Shown here piece by piece: positions 10,237 to 19,237 of a stretch of 64,000 nt of DNA (its first letter is position 1; each line of letters starts with the position of its first letter). Below the pieces are notes generated by a model that saw only the letters and a list, made by a program, of their open reading frames with translations, had not been told where the DNA came from and did no database searches. The translations under genes were made by a program, and so were the position numbers. The stretch spans positions 472,263 through 536,262 of the forward strand of contig CAWGYA010000002.1 in NCBI GenBank assembly GCA_963826715.1. The letters run 5' to 3'. Source of the stretch: Candidatus Bathyarchaeota archaeon (GTDB taxonomy: Archaea; Thermoproteota; Bathyarchaeia; Bathyarchaeales; Bathycorpusculaceae).

Positions 10237-10977
10237 GTGATAATAGTGTTAATTGGACTTTACGAAAGTTTCGATCCTGTGTGGGTTTACAAAATTCTGA
10301 GGTTAAGTATTCCGGGTGTAAAATATAGTTCAGTTGAGCCTCAATTTTCTTCTATAATAAAAGTAAGAGGCAACAGAACAAGGAAGAACATCATCACAGA
10401 AGTGAGACGACACTACCTAGAGTTAGAAAGAAAAGCTGGAGTTGAATACTTTAGCAGCAATTATCTCCATACCCTCTCTATTGAGTATTCTTATGAAACG
10501 ATTAAGCCGATCTTACTCTTTACGCTAATATGTAAAAGTGGAATTGTAAAGTCAATTCAAGAAAAAATTAACTTGAGATATTTGCATTGCCCAAAAGTAG
10601 ATATCGACGCTTTATTGAATGCTGCAATCCAAAAATTTGGGGATAGAATTGTTATCACTCGTGCAGTGCGCAATTACTTATCCATTCTTGAGAATTTTGG
10701 GGTAATCAAAAGCTTAGATAATGATGAGTTTGAGATACAAAATACGAAATCCAATTGTCCAACCTATGTAATTAAAGACATGATTCTATTGTATGGCCTT
10801 TATAACTGTAAAATAGAGATTCATTTGGATGAGCTCCTAAGCGATGTTTCATTTACTTATGTCAATCTTATTGAAATCGAAGATGTACTAAGAGAATTTA
10901 ATTCAAAGGATTGGTCATATCAAAAAAGGATTGATTCAAGCATCTTATACATAAGAAAACAACTAAACAAAAGGTAA
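10237..10977 (+). CDS. BrxA-like DNA-binding protein, divergent from the BREX operon
   Basis: 246 aa; IG...F...W N-terminus and RAVRNYLSILENFGVI winged-helix-like segment; position next to the BREX-3 genes. Confidence 0.55.
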   Translation: MIIVLIGLYESFDPVWVYKILRLSIPGVKYSSVEPQFSSIIKVRGNRTRKNIITEVRRHYLELERKAGVEYFSSNYLHTLSIEYSYETIKPILLFTLICKSGIVKSIQEKINLRYLHCPKVDIDALLNAAIQKFGDRIVITRAVRNYLSILENFGVIKSLDNDEFEIQNTKSNCPTYVIKDMILLYGLYNCKIEIHLDELLSDVSFTYVNLIEIEDVLREFNSKDWSYQKRIDSSILYIRKQLNKR

Positions 10978-11030
10978 TATTGTCTATCTGTACCAGTTTA
11001 ATAGTCTCCTTATGAAGCGACCTTAATTTC

Positions 11031-11670
11031 GAAAAGAAAAAACTGCTATTTGGGAAAATGGATTTTTTTATGGAAGTTGTAGTGCGCTCTGCAAAAAAGG
11101 GGTGCACTATTTCTGACGAGATTGTTTTGCTGAATAAATTTCAGTGTGGTAGTAGTTGTTCTAGGTCGAAATTCTTAGGTTGAACAACAACTTCTACTTT
11201 GACTTGCTAATAGAATGTTTTGCACCTAAGATTAATGGTTAAAAGAAGAAGAAGATTGAAAAAAATCGCGCTTCTTCTTCTACTATGTTAACTATGCATT
11301 TTTGAAACACATTACATAATACTCGGTAAAAAAAGTTCTTCAAACAAGAGAAGTAGTAGTCTAGTTGAAATTTGCAGCATCGACTACTACTTCCAAAACT
11401 CAATGACAATGGTGAAAGAACAACAACACGTGTTATTTCAATTGTTGTTCTTCTCTTGGGGTTTGCCATAACACTACTGGGTTGAAAGAAAAAAAATCAG
11501 TTTTTTCCTAAAAATAGCAATTTTTTCTTCTTCTCTTAGAAGCTTATAAAAGTCGGGTTTTTGGTAGAAGAAAAAAGAGTTGGTGCAAACAGCTGTTTTT
11601 TTTTCTTCAAATAGCAAAGAATTGGAGCAGAACAAAAAAACTATCTTTTTTTCATGCTATCTGTTTCTTG
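11031..11670. repeat. Array of ~8-9 degenerate quasi-palindromic units (~40-45 bp), in both orientations
   Basis: Perfect arms: AGAAGAAGAAG/CTTCTTCTTCT (11244-11281), GAAGTAGTAGTC/GACTACTACTTC (11350-11393), AAGAACAACAA/TTGTTGTTCTT (11416-11452); 11031-11069 is an imperfect inverted copy of ~11490-11530. Confidence 0.75.
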
Positions 11671-11958
11671 TCTTATTTTAAAAAGAGAAAAGTTAGAAGC
11701 ATTCTTTGGGATAAGAGTTAATTTTGTTTTGTTTGCCACTTTTGTTCAGACACTCTTACGCCAAGGAAGATTAATGACAGTTAAGTTAAGAGTTAAGCAT
11801 AAAACACTTTTTCCATTCCGCTTCAAATTCTCAGAATCCACATCACAATAGACTTGAATAATGAAAATAAACTCTGTTCTGGAACCTGACAAAAAGCTAA
11901 TTAGAAGCCGTTTAATGGTTAAAATAAGCCTAAATTGAGATTTTTGAGGCTTTGAAAA

Positions 11959-12678
11959 ATGGCGGAAAAATGCAAAGGCATGGATGATTTTGAAAATGTA
12001 AGGGGGTTAGCTGAACACGAAAAGCAGTTGTTGGACTCACTTTGTGAATCGGAGCTTGATCTGGGAGTTTTCAGCAACCCTCAAACTGGCAATTCAGCAC
12101 AAGAAAGTCCTGATCGGAAACGTAAAACAGGTTTGAAGGGGCCAGGTTACCGTAGAAAGCATGTTTATGTCAAGAGTATTTCGCAATATAGGGAGGAACG
12201 CAAACGCAGAAAACAAGTTTGTGAGCTGTCGGGTTTAAGCCAGGAGGAGATAGCTAAGCGGTTGGGTGTTAGTGTTCGGACGGTTCAGCGAGATCAAGCT
12301 AAAGCTAAACCGTATTATCAGGGTAGGTTTAACCGTTTTTGCAGGGAGCTTCATGAAAAGGAAATGCGGGAGTTTAACGAAACCTCTGAAGGTTTATCTT
12401 TGCCTCAAAGAGCCAAGGTTTTGACGAAACTACTTGATCGCCAAAGAAAAGAGGAGGAGTCGCATAAGAGGCATTTGCGCACGTTTTTCATAGATATCGA
12501 TCTGGATCGCTGTAACTCTGAAGGATTTCCCGGAGCGAAGTCTTTCATAGCAAGCCATAATTTGAATTTGAAAGACGGCATCCAATTTGTAGTTGTTTTT
12601 CGAAAGAATGGACAAAAACACGCTATCAACATAGGCAATTTGGCTCAAAGCACTAATACATCGAATAATCCATACTAA
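11959..12678 (+). CDS. HTH DNA-binding protein
   Basis: GLSQEEIAKRLGVSVRTVQRD helix-turn-helix; basic N-terminus. Confidence 0.7.
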   Translation: MAEKCKGMDDFENVRGLAEHEKQLLDSLCESELDLGVFSNPQTGNSAQESPDRKRKTGLKGPGYRRKHVYVKSISQYREERKRRKQVCELSGLSQEEIAKRLGVSVRTVQRDQAKAKPYYQGRFNRFCRELHEKEMREFNETSEGLSLPQRAKVLTKLLDRQRKEEESHKRHLRTFFIDIDLDRCNSEGFPGAKSFIASHNLNLKDGIQFVVVFRKNGQKHAINIGNLAQSTNTSNNPY

Positions 12679-12706
12679 ATTGACCTGCCGCTAAAACCGT
12701 TATTTT

Positions 12707-12760
12707 AATACACAGAATACACAGAATACTTTATATTACAATACAACCCATGTGTACACA
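12707..12760 (+). promoter_or_regulatory. Candidate autoregulatory operator/promoter of the RHH gene
   Basis: AATACACAG x2.5 tandem (12707-12729) next to TTTATA; palindrome TGTGTACACA at 12751-12760. Confidence 0.5.
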
Positions 12761-12779
12761 CCTAAAAGAGGAGTCAAAA

Positions 12780-13253
12780 ATGCCCAAAAACGTAACAATT
12801 TATCTTTCCGACGAAATCGCCGGAAAAATGGAAAAATATCAAGAAGTAAACTGGTCAGAGATCTGCAGAAAAGCCGTAATTGACTACATAGACACACGCA
12901 GCAACATAGATTTAGGCCCTCTTATAGAAAAACTCAAAGCAGAACGCAACGAAGCCTACAAACAAGGCCAAATACTCTTCTACAAAATAGCGCCAGAAAT
13001 GGGTCTTAGAGATTTTGAAATTTGGTATCCAAAAATCAGCCAAACGTTAATTGAAGACATCTGCGTCGCAGAGTCAACCCCCCTCCCAGCTGCCGTAGCC
13101 ACTACACGAGCAATCAGAGGAATGGCTCATATGATGGGCAGTTTTTGCCGAGAAAAAAACATACCTTATCCCTCAGATGCTTCTGACGCATTTTGGCAAG
13201 GAGCTATAGCTGCATTCATGAGTGTTTTCACAAAATTTGCCAAAGTCATCTAG
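12780..13253 (+). CDS. CopG/ribbon-helix-helix regulator with a C-terminal domain of unknown function
   Basis: MPKNVTIYLSDEIAGKMEKYQEVNWSEICRKAV is a typical archaeal RHH pattern; GAGGAG RBS before ATG 12780. Confidence 0.75.
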   Translation: MPKNVTIYLSDEIAGKMEKYQEVNWSEICRKAVIDYIDTRSNIDLGPLIEKLKAERNEAYKQGQILFYKIAPEMGLRDFEIWYPKISQTLIEDICVAESTPLPAAVATTRAIRGMAHMMGSFCREKNIPYPSDASDAFWQGAIAAFMSVFTKFAKVI

Positions 13254-13266
13254 AGAGGGAAAAAAT

Positions 13267-13500
13267 TTGGCAGCAGCAATCTCACCTAAAAGAAAAGCGC
13301 TCTTCATCAAAGGCTTCCATGATGCTGAAAAACTTATCCGCATAGCTAAGTGTGAAGCGGCTAAAACAGGCTTAAAAGGAAAAATTAACGTGTTGGACCT
13401 TGGACACTACATTCCGCACATTGAAGGTCAAGCGGTTATAGTAGAAGAGGCTGGTAGTGAATATACGGTTGCAGGTAGCGGCAACTTAAAACATGAGTAA
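13267..13500 (+). CDS. Small hypothetical protein
   Basis: GAGGG RBS and TTG start at 13267, in operon order. Confidence 0.55.
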   Translation: MAAAISPKRKALFIKGFHDAEKLIRIAKCEAAKTGLKGKINVLDLGHYIPHIEGQAVIVEEAGSEYTVAGSGNLKHE

Positions 13501-13503
13501 ATT

Positions 13504-13872
13504 ATGGATGAAAAACTAAGAAAGGAACTAAAAGAATTAGCCCAAATACTAGATGCAGCATCAACTAGGATCTGGCAAACCCTAGAAAACCCTTCTCCCG
13601 CCAGCAACTCTGTGTCAACGGTTAATGAGCTTAATTTTAGCACCCTAAAGTATGAGCCTCAACAAGGCACCAAACTTGGAGACTATGAAATTGCCCACAA
13701 GCAAAGTAACCTTGAAGACAAATGGCGTCCAGCCTACGCAATTCTGCGAAATAGCAACGCAACAATAAAAGACCGCTACCACGGCGAAACCTACCAGTAC
13801 AGCTATTGGCTTTATGGCGAAGACAAAATCTACAGACAAAAACTACCCAAAATGGGCAAGATTAAGCCTTAA
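13504..13872 (+). CDS. Hypothetical MGE protein
   Basis: 122-aa ORF tightly packed in the operon. Confidence 0.65.
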   Translation: MDEKLRKELKELAQILDAASTRIWQTLENPSPASNSVSTVNELNFSTLKYEPQQGTKLGDYEIAHKQSNLEDKWRPAYAILRNSNATIKDRYHGETYQYSYWLYGEDKIYRQKLPKMGKIKP

Positions 13873-13896
13873 TAATCAAGGACAAGGGATAAGCCA

Positions 13897-14271
13897 ATGG
13901 TTTCTGTTGATTTTTCCTTGGGTTCAGCCGTATACATCCGCTATAAAGACCATGTTCTGTTCAAGAATACCAAGCACCCCTTAGAAGAAGCAATAGAACG
14001 GGAAACCATAGGCTGGCTATCGAAAGAAAACAACGAAATAATTCTTGTAGAACACGACAGAACAACACCAGACATTAAACTAAGTAGCGGCCAAACCACT
14101 GGATTAATCATTATAAAAAGCTGCATAACGGAAATTCGCAAACTGCCACTACAAGAAATTTCAGAGTGGCGCTTAAATTCTCAGAAAACAACAGATGAAG
14201 CAGAGTATGCGCTTCAACCAACGAAGCGAAAAACTCGCCACAACCCAAACAGGACGGGAGCAGCCAAATGA
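13897..14271 (+). CDS. Hypothetical beta-rich MGE protein
   Basis: 124 aa; ATGA overlap with the integrase. Confidence 0.65.
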   Translation: MVSVDFSLGSAVYIRYKDHVLFKNTKHPLEEAIERETIGWLSKENNEIILVEHDRTTPDIKLSSGQTTGLIIIKSCITEIRKLPLQEISEWRLNSQKTTDEAEYALQPTKRKTRHNPNRTGAAK

Positions 14272-15698
14272 AAACCGTAACCATAACGGAGAGCTCCCGA
14301 GGCAATAAACTGCAAAAACCATTGACTCTCACCTTACCTGAAGCAGAGACAGCCGCCGACAAAAAACTCCAACAATATATTATCGATGCTTTGCTAACCA
14401 GAATGCCAAGCCTAGTAACTTTAACCTTTCAAAACACCACAACCATAGAACTAGCAAAACACCTTCTGCGACACAGAACTGGTAGTCCAGCGACTCTCTA
14501 TCAATACATCTACGGTGTCCACCGATTCAGTCTATGGACAAACACCCAACCGGACCAACTTGTAAAAGCCTGCCAAGATCAAGACGGCGACCCTAAGCCC
14601 AAAGTGCTATCACAAACCAGTCGAATGCTAGATGACTTCGTAGCCAACTTACAAGCGGAAAATCTGGCTCCAGGAACCGTAAGCAACCACGTCAAAGGCG
14701 TCAAAGCACTATTCCGATGCAACGGACTAAAACTCGAACTACCTTACAATCTGAGTAAAAGAAGCGTCTACGAAGACCGAGCACCATCACCAGAAGAACT
14801 GCAAAAAATGCTTGAATTAGCCGACCTACGCGAACGTGTACTAATAACGCTCTTAGCGTTAGGCGGATTTCGCATCGGTACCCTATCCAAGCTGCAATAT
14901 CGCCACGTCAAGCGCGATCTAGAAAAAGGCATAATTCCAATCCATGTTCATGTCGAATCAGAAATAACTAAGGGCAAATACCACGACTATGACACATTCC
15001 TAGGACAGGAAGCAGCCGAATACCTCAAAGCTTACCTGGATATACGCAGACAAGGCAGCCCAACAGGCAGAAAACACCCAGAAATATTAAACGACAACTC
15101 ACCCCTACTCCGTGACGGACAAAGCAACCTTGCCAAACCAATAACCACAGGCAGAATCCACTCAGTTGTCCACAACCTCTACGTCAAAGCAGGACTAGTC
15201 ACAAGCAACCCCCGAGGAAGACGCTACGACCTAAGAGCACACAGCATACGCAAATACTTCCGAACACAACTAGCATCATTAAGCATTCAAACAGACTACA
15301 TCGAATACATGATGGGGCACACAATCAGTACCTACCACGACATACGCATGAAAGGCATAGAATTCCTCCGCGGAGTGTACATCTCTTCAGGACTAAGCAT
15401 AAAACCCAAAACACGCCTAAACAAACTAGAAGCCCTCAAAGAAATGATTCGCGCATGGGGACTTAACCCCGACCAAGTCATGTCAAGAGAAGCACTAGCC
15501 CAATCCAACACAACCGTAATCGACCGAGCCCAACAGGAACAAACTCAACTGACACAACTAACCGCCGTTTTAAAGCAACAAATGATCAAAGAAATCTACG
15601 AGAGTCAAGGTCCAAAAAGTATGAATTCACGCCTGGGACACAGTAGCCCGGGAGAGATTCGAACTCTCGTCAAAGGGTCCAAAGCCCTCTATGCTTGA
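14268..15698 (+). CDS. int: Tyrosine recombinase/integrase whose C-terminus is encoded antisense to tRNA-Gln
   Basis: Catalytic R (GGFRIG), K (ITKG), HxxR (HSIR), H (MGH), Y (STY); stop at 15696-15698 lies inside the tRNA. Confidence 0.92.
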   Translation: MKTVTITESSRGNKLQKPLTLTLPEAETAADKKLQQYIIDALLTRMPSLVTLTFQNTTTIELAKHLLRHRTGSPATLYQYIYGVHRFSLWTNTQPDQLVKACQDQDGDPKPKVLSQTSRMLDDFVANLQAENLAPGTVSNHVKGVKALFRCNGLKLELPYNLSKRSVYEDRAPSPEELQKMLELADLRERVLITLLALGGFRIGTLSKLQYRHVKRDLEKGIIPIHVHVESEITKGKYHDYDTFLGQEAAEYLKAYLDIRRQGSPTGRKHPEILNDNSPLLRDGQSNLAKPITTGRIHSVVHNLYVKAGLVTSNPRGRRYDLRAHSIRKYFRTQLASLSIQTDYIEYMMGHTISTYHDIRMKGIEFLRGVYISSGLSIKPKTRLNKLEALKEMIRAWGLNPDQVMSREALAQSNTTVIDRAQQEQTQLTQLTAVLKQQMIKEIYESQGPKSMNSRLGHSSPGEIRTLVKGSKALYA

Positions 15699-15716
15699 CC
15701 ACTACACCACCGGGCT
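15644..15716 (-). tRNA. tRNA-Gln(TTG), intronless; integration target
   Basis: AGCCCGG/CCGGGCT acceptor stem, anticodon arm GAGGG-CT-TTG-GA-CCCTT, T-arm GAGAG-TTCGAAT-CTCTC. Confidence 0.95.
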
Positions 15717-15824
15717 GCAATTGTTTCTTTATCTAACCGTTATTTATGGTTAGAGGTTAAAGGGCATCATTTTGCTTAATAAGCGTTCTTGCATTTTCAA
15801 GCTTAAGTTTTCGATACAGAGTCA

Positions 15825-16901
15825 TTAACCGATGAGCTTTTTTATAACTGGCACCCTCTTGAGCGGCACAATCACAGCCAGACATATCAACAGCGAAATC
15901 AAAGCCATCAGAGGAACTCCCACAATCGAATTCAAAGTGTTCCCGTTTAAAGTAACTCCTAAGTAACCATTCTGAAATGCCACAATTACCATCATATGGA
16001 ATAAGTATATGGCTAGAGTGTTGGCACTTATTATTGCAAGCAGCCTTTTTCGCCACGAAGGCGCCTCTGAAGCAGAAACTGCAGGTGGTTTAATGGTGTT
16101 TAGCAAAAGGAAGAAAGCAACTGACGAGAGAATCATAGTTGGGCTTAGATATTCTTGGAAAAAGTAGGTTTCCCCACCGCCCACGGTACGGGCTAGCTGG
16201 AACGTACCCAAAGCTGTTAAAAATATCCCTAAAGATAGTAACGCAACCAAATACTTACGAGGAATTCGCACATTAACAAAGTACGCCCCCAAAACAAAGT
16301 AGCCCATATAGCCAGGAATCGAGAATAAGTTGCTATTGAATTGGTAGTTGCTAACTAAACCAATGAGAGGAACCAAAGCGGAACCGATAAACCAAATTAT
16401 CATGAAGTACTTGAAGAGGTTCTTTGACATATGAGAAACCATCAACCGCAGCATAGGAGTTAGCAAATACAAGCCCATCAACATATAGAGATACCAAAAT
16501 TGGAAATAGGGTCCAGTTAATACGCCTTGAACCACAAATGTCTGTGTAACCTGTTGATTTTCAACGTAAACATCCCATAGGAAATACGCTAAACCCCAAA
16601 ACAGAAAAGGCAATCCAATCCGTGAAAAGCGTTTCTTAAAAAACATACCCAACCCTTCATCCTTGCCTGGTGCGAGTAAAAGCGCACCTGAAAGCATAAC
16701 AAACAACGGGACGCCCATGCGCCCCACGGTTTGATAGATATCGACAATTAACCAGCGCCAAATCTCCAAGTTGCCAAGAACTTGGATTGTTAAGTCATTG
16801 GCCGAGTGTAATAGCAGCACACCCAATATGGCTACTGTTCTTATCAAATCTACGGGAATTGTCTCATTTTCTCGATTCAACGGCTTCGACCTAAGGTACA
16901 C
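15825..16901 (-). CDS. Acyltransferase-3 family membrane O-acyltransferase
   Basis: DLIRTVAILGVLLLH, GVPLFVMLSG, FFKKRFSRI, WYL motifs; ~10 TM helices. Confidence 0.9.
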   Translation of the reverse strand: MYLRSKPLNRENETIPVDLIRTVAILGVLLLHSANDLTIQVLGNLEIWRWLIVDIYQTVGRMGVPLFVMLSGALLLAPGKDEGLGMFFKKRFSRIGLPFLFWGLAYFLWDVYVENQQVTQTFVVQGVLTGPYFQFWYLYMLMGLYLLTPMLRLMVSHMSKNLFKYFMIIWFIGSALVPLIGLVSNYQFNSNLFSIPGYMGYFVLGAYFVNVRIPRKYLVALLSLGIFLTALGTFQLARTVGGGETYFFQEYLSPTMILSSVAFFLLLNTIKPPAVSASEAPSWRKRLLAIISANTLAIYLFHMMVIVAFQNGYLGVTLNGNTLNSIVGVPLMALISLLICLAVIVPLKRVPVIKKLIG

Positions 16902-17191
16902 TTAACGACATATAGAGGCTTTGAGAAAATTAACTTTGCGGATGATTCATGACTATGTGAAAACACTAACTATCGGTTCGTCAGCTTTTACATTTTTATA
17001 CATTATTTTCCATGCCCTATAGCAGTAGATTTAGATCAATTAGAAGGTATTATGTGCAATAGATTTAATAAACCACAAAGCTTAAATAATACGTCTGTTC
17101 ATCTGCTTAGTTTGCGCGGGCCGAATGTACTATTTTCTAGCCAGATTGGCCTAAGGTGACGGTTCTACGCACATTAACGAGGTAAATAGAA

Positions 17192-18136
17192 ATGAGTGTA
17201 AAAAAAGAAGCACCCAGAACAAGTCAACGTCAGGCTGATAAATGCTCCGAATGCGGAGGCGTAAACCTGGTTCATGATTACGACACTGGAGAAACCGTAT
17301 GCGGCGACTGTGGGTTGGTCCTCTACGAGCAGATGATGGATAAAGGACCTGAATGGCGAGCCTTCACTCAAGAAGAGAAAGCCTCCAGAAGCCGTGTGGG
17401 CGTGCCCACTTCATACTCAGTCCACGATAAAGGATTATCCACAGCAATTAGCCAAGTCGATCGCGATGCCTTCGGCAGAAAGCTACCACTTTCCACGAGG
17501 CTACAAATGTGGCGTCTGCGTAAATGGCAAATTAGGAGCCGTGTACACTCCTCAGTTGACCGCAACCTAGCCCAAGCCATGGCTGAGCTTGATCGTTTAT
17601 CTGACAAAGTCTATATTCCGCCGCCAATAAAAGAAAAAGCTGCTGTAGTTTACCGTAAGGCCCTTGACAAGGGTTTAGTTCGAGGGCGTTCAATAGCGGC
17701 TATAGCGGCTGCTGCGTTATATGCAGCTTGCCGTGGAAGCGGAACTCCGCGAACGCTACGAGAGATTGCAGAAGCCAGTTTGGTCGACAAAAAAGATGTA
17801 GCTAGATGTTATCGGTTACTACTCCGTGAGTTAGATGTTCATATGCCCATAGCTGATCCACTCACCTACGTTTCTAAAATTGCTGAAAAAACAGGTATTT
17901 CTGGAAAAACCCAAGGCGCTGCTATCAACATTCTACGCGAGGCAAGGCGAAAACGTGCTGCAGCCGGTAAAGACCCCATGGGATTAGCTGCAGCAGCTCT
18001 CTACATCGCTTGTTTACAGAATAACGAGAAAAAGACGCAGAAAGACATTGCAGAAGCTGCGGGAGTAACTGAAGTAACAGTGCGAAACCGCTATAAAACA
18101 CTCAAAAAACAATTGAACCTTGAATTGCCCGATTAG
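17192..18136 (+). CDS. tfb: Transcription initiation factor IIB
   Basis: Zn ribbon CSECG..CGDCG, GPEWRAF, two cyclin repeats, TEVTVRNRYK. Confidence 0.98.
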   Translation: MSVKKEAPRTSQRQADKCSECGGVNLVHDYDTGETVCGDCGLVLYEQMMDKGPEWRAFTQEEKASRSRVGVPTSYSVHDKGLSTAISQVDRDAFGRKLPLSTRLQMWRLRKWQIRSRVHSSVDRNLAQAMAELDRLSDKVYIPPPIKEKAAVVYRKALDKGLVRGRSIAAIAAAALYAACRGSGTPRTLREIAEASLVDKKDVARCYRLLLRELDVHMPIADPLTYVSKIAEKTGISGKTQGAAINILREARRKRAAAGKDPMGLAAAALYIACLQNNEKKTQKDIAEAAGVTEVTVRNRYKTLKKQLNLELPD

Positions 18137-18384
18137 GGCTCTTTCTTTTCTATTTGAGAATCAGGGTTTTCTTTTTTAGTTTGTTCTTCTTCGGGCTCCA
18201 ATTCCATAACAAGAATGCCATGGTAACCACAACTCTCACAATAATACTGTTTAGGCGTCAACCATACGTCTAGGCTACTGTTGAGTTGTATTTTTGGGCT
18301 GCAACATCTGGGACAAAAAATTTGGGTAGGTTTTCTGCGTTTGGTGTTTCTCAGAATATCGCGTATACCATCTATCTTATTCAT
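18133..18384 (-). CDS. Small Zn-ribbon protein
   Basis: CPRC...CESCG. Confidence 0.75.
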   Translation of the reverse strand: MNKIDGIRDILRNTKRRKPTQIFCPRCCSPKIQLNSSLDVWLTPKQYYCESCGYHGILVMELEPEEEQTKKENPDSQIEKKEP

Positions 18385-18419
18385 TTAGGAAGAATACACC
18401 TTGCTTGGTTGCTTCGCGG

Positions 18420-18728
18420 TTATTGCAGCTCGATGTTTTCTTGTGGATACCCGATTTTAATGAGAAATTCCTTCACTCGGTCGCGATGGTCGCCTTGTAA
18501 CATGATTTGCCCGTTTTTATGAGTTCCACCACAAGCGCAGTAGGTTTTAAGTTTCTGGGCGATGTTTTGCAGGTTAGTGTTTTTATCGTCCATGCCGTCA
18601 ATTATGGTGGTTGCTTTACCGAATTTTCGGGTTTCAAGGCGTATGCGTATCCGTTGTTGTTCTTTCTCTATTTCTCCACAAACGCATAGGTCCTTTGGTA
18701 ATCCGCATGTTGAACAAACTTCAGCCAT
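18420..18728 (-). CDS. sui1: Translation initiation factor aIF1 (SUI1 family)
   Basis: CSTCGLPKDLCVC, LKTYCACGGT, LQGDHR; ATG 18728 is the likely start. Confidence 0.96.
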   Translation of the reverse strand: MAEVCSTCGLPKDLCVCGEIEKEQQRIRIRLETRKFGKATTIIDGMDDKNTNLQNIAQKLKTYCACGGTHKNGQIMLQGDHRDRVKEFLIKIGYPQENIELQ

Positions 18729-19237
18729 GACACTCAACAGAGAAATTATCAAATGACGTATATAAGAGTTTCAAGAAGCAAAAATAGATCTTCAGGATTT
18801 GTTTTCGGGAAATTTCTTGTTTCTTAGAACTATTGTTACTTTCCTTGCAGGTTCTGCCTCAAATAAAGTGTTTCAAGAAAAATTTGATTGTAAGGGTCAA
18901 TTAGTAAATTCTATTAAATATCTAACTGATTCCAGACGAGGTTAGGATAGAAGCAGATTTGATTTAGACAATATGAGCTATCCATTATTTCGTCCATCGC
19001 ACAGAAGGAGCTTGTTATTTTAGGTAAGCTTAGTATGGTTATTTCAAATGAGTTTTTTCCTTGAATATAGAATGAGGGTGTTTTATGTGTTTACACAATA
19101 AAAATGGGGAATCTTTGATCAAAAAATAAAAACCTCTTTCCTAATTTTAAATCAATACAGAATCCCTTACCGCGACTCGAAAATAATTTATGGAAGACAA
19201 AGACAAATTAAAAAAAAATATAAGACTTTATTGAAAA

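Larger units (their letters stand above)
1..15698. mobile_element. Integrated element 1 at tRNA-Gln carrying a BREX-3-like system; left end outside the window
   Basis: Tyrosine integrase abuts and overlaps the tRNA-Gln 3' half; RHH/HTH and hypothetical genes plus defence cargo; no second att copy seen in the window. Confidence 0.8.

Noticed and set aside
11031-11670. CRISPR or TIGR array interpretation of the hairpin units
   Set aside because: Repeats are not identical, spacing is irregular, both orientations occur, and no cas or Nop-domain gene is present
10898-11851. Short ORFs 10898-11107, 11239-11469 and 11654-11851
   Set aside because: Low-complexity translations of the repeat region with no RBS or motifs
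14268-15698. SSV1-type split (inactivated) integrase
   Set aside because: All catalytic residues are in one ORF upstream of the att overlap
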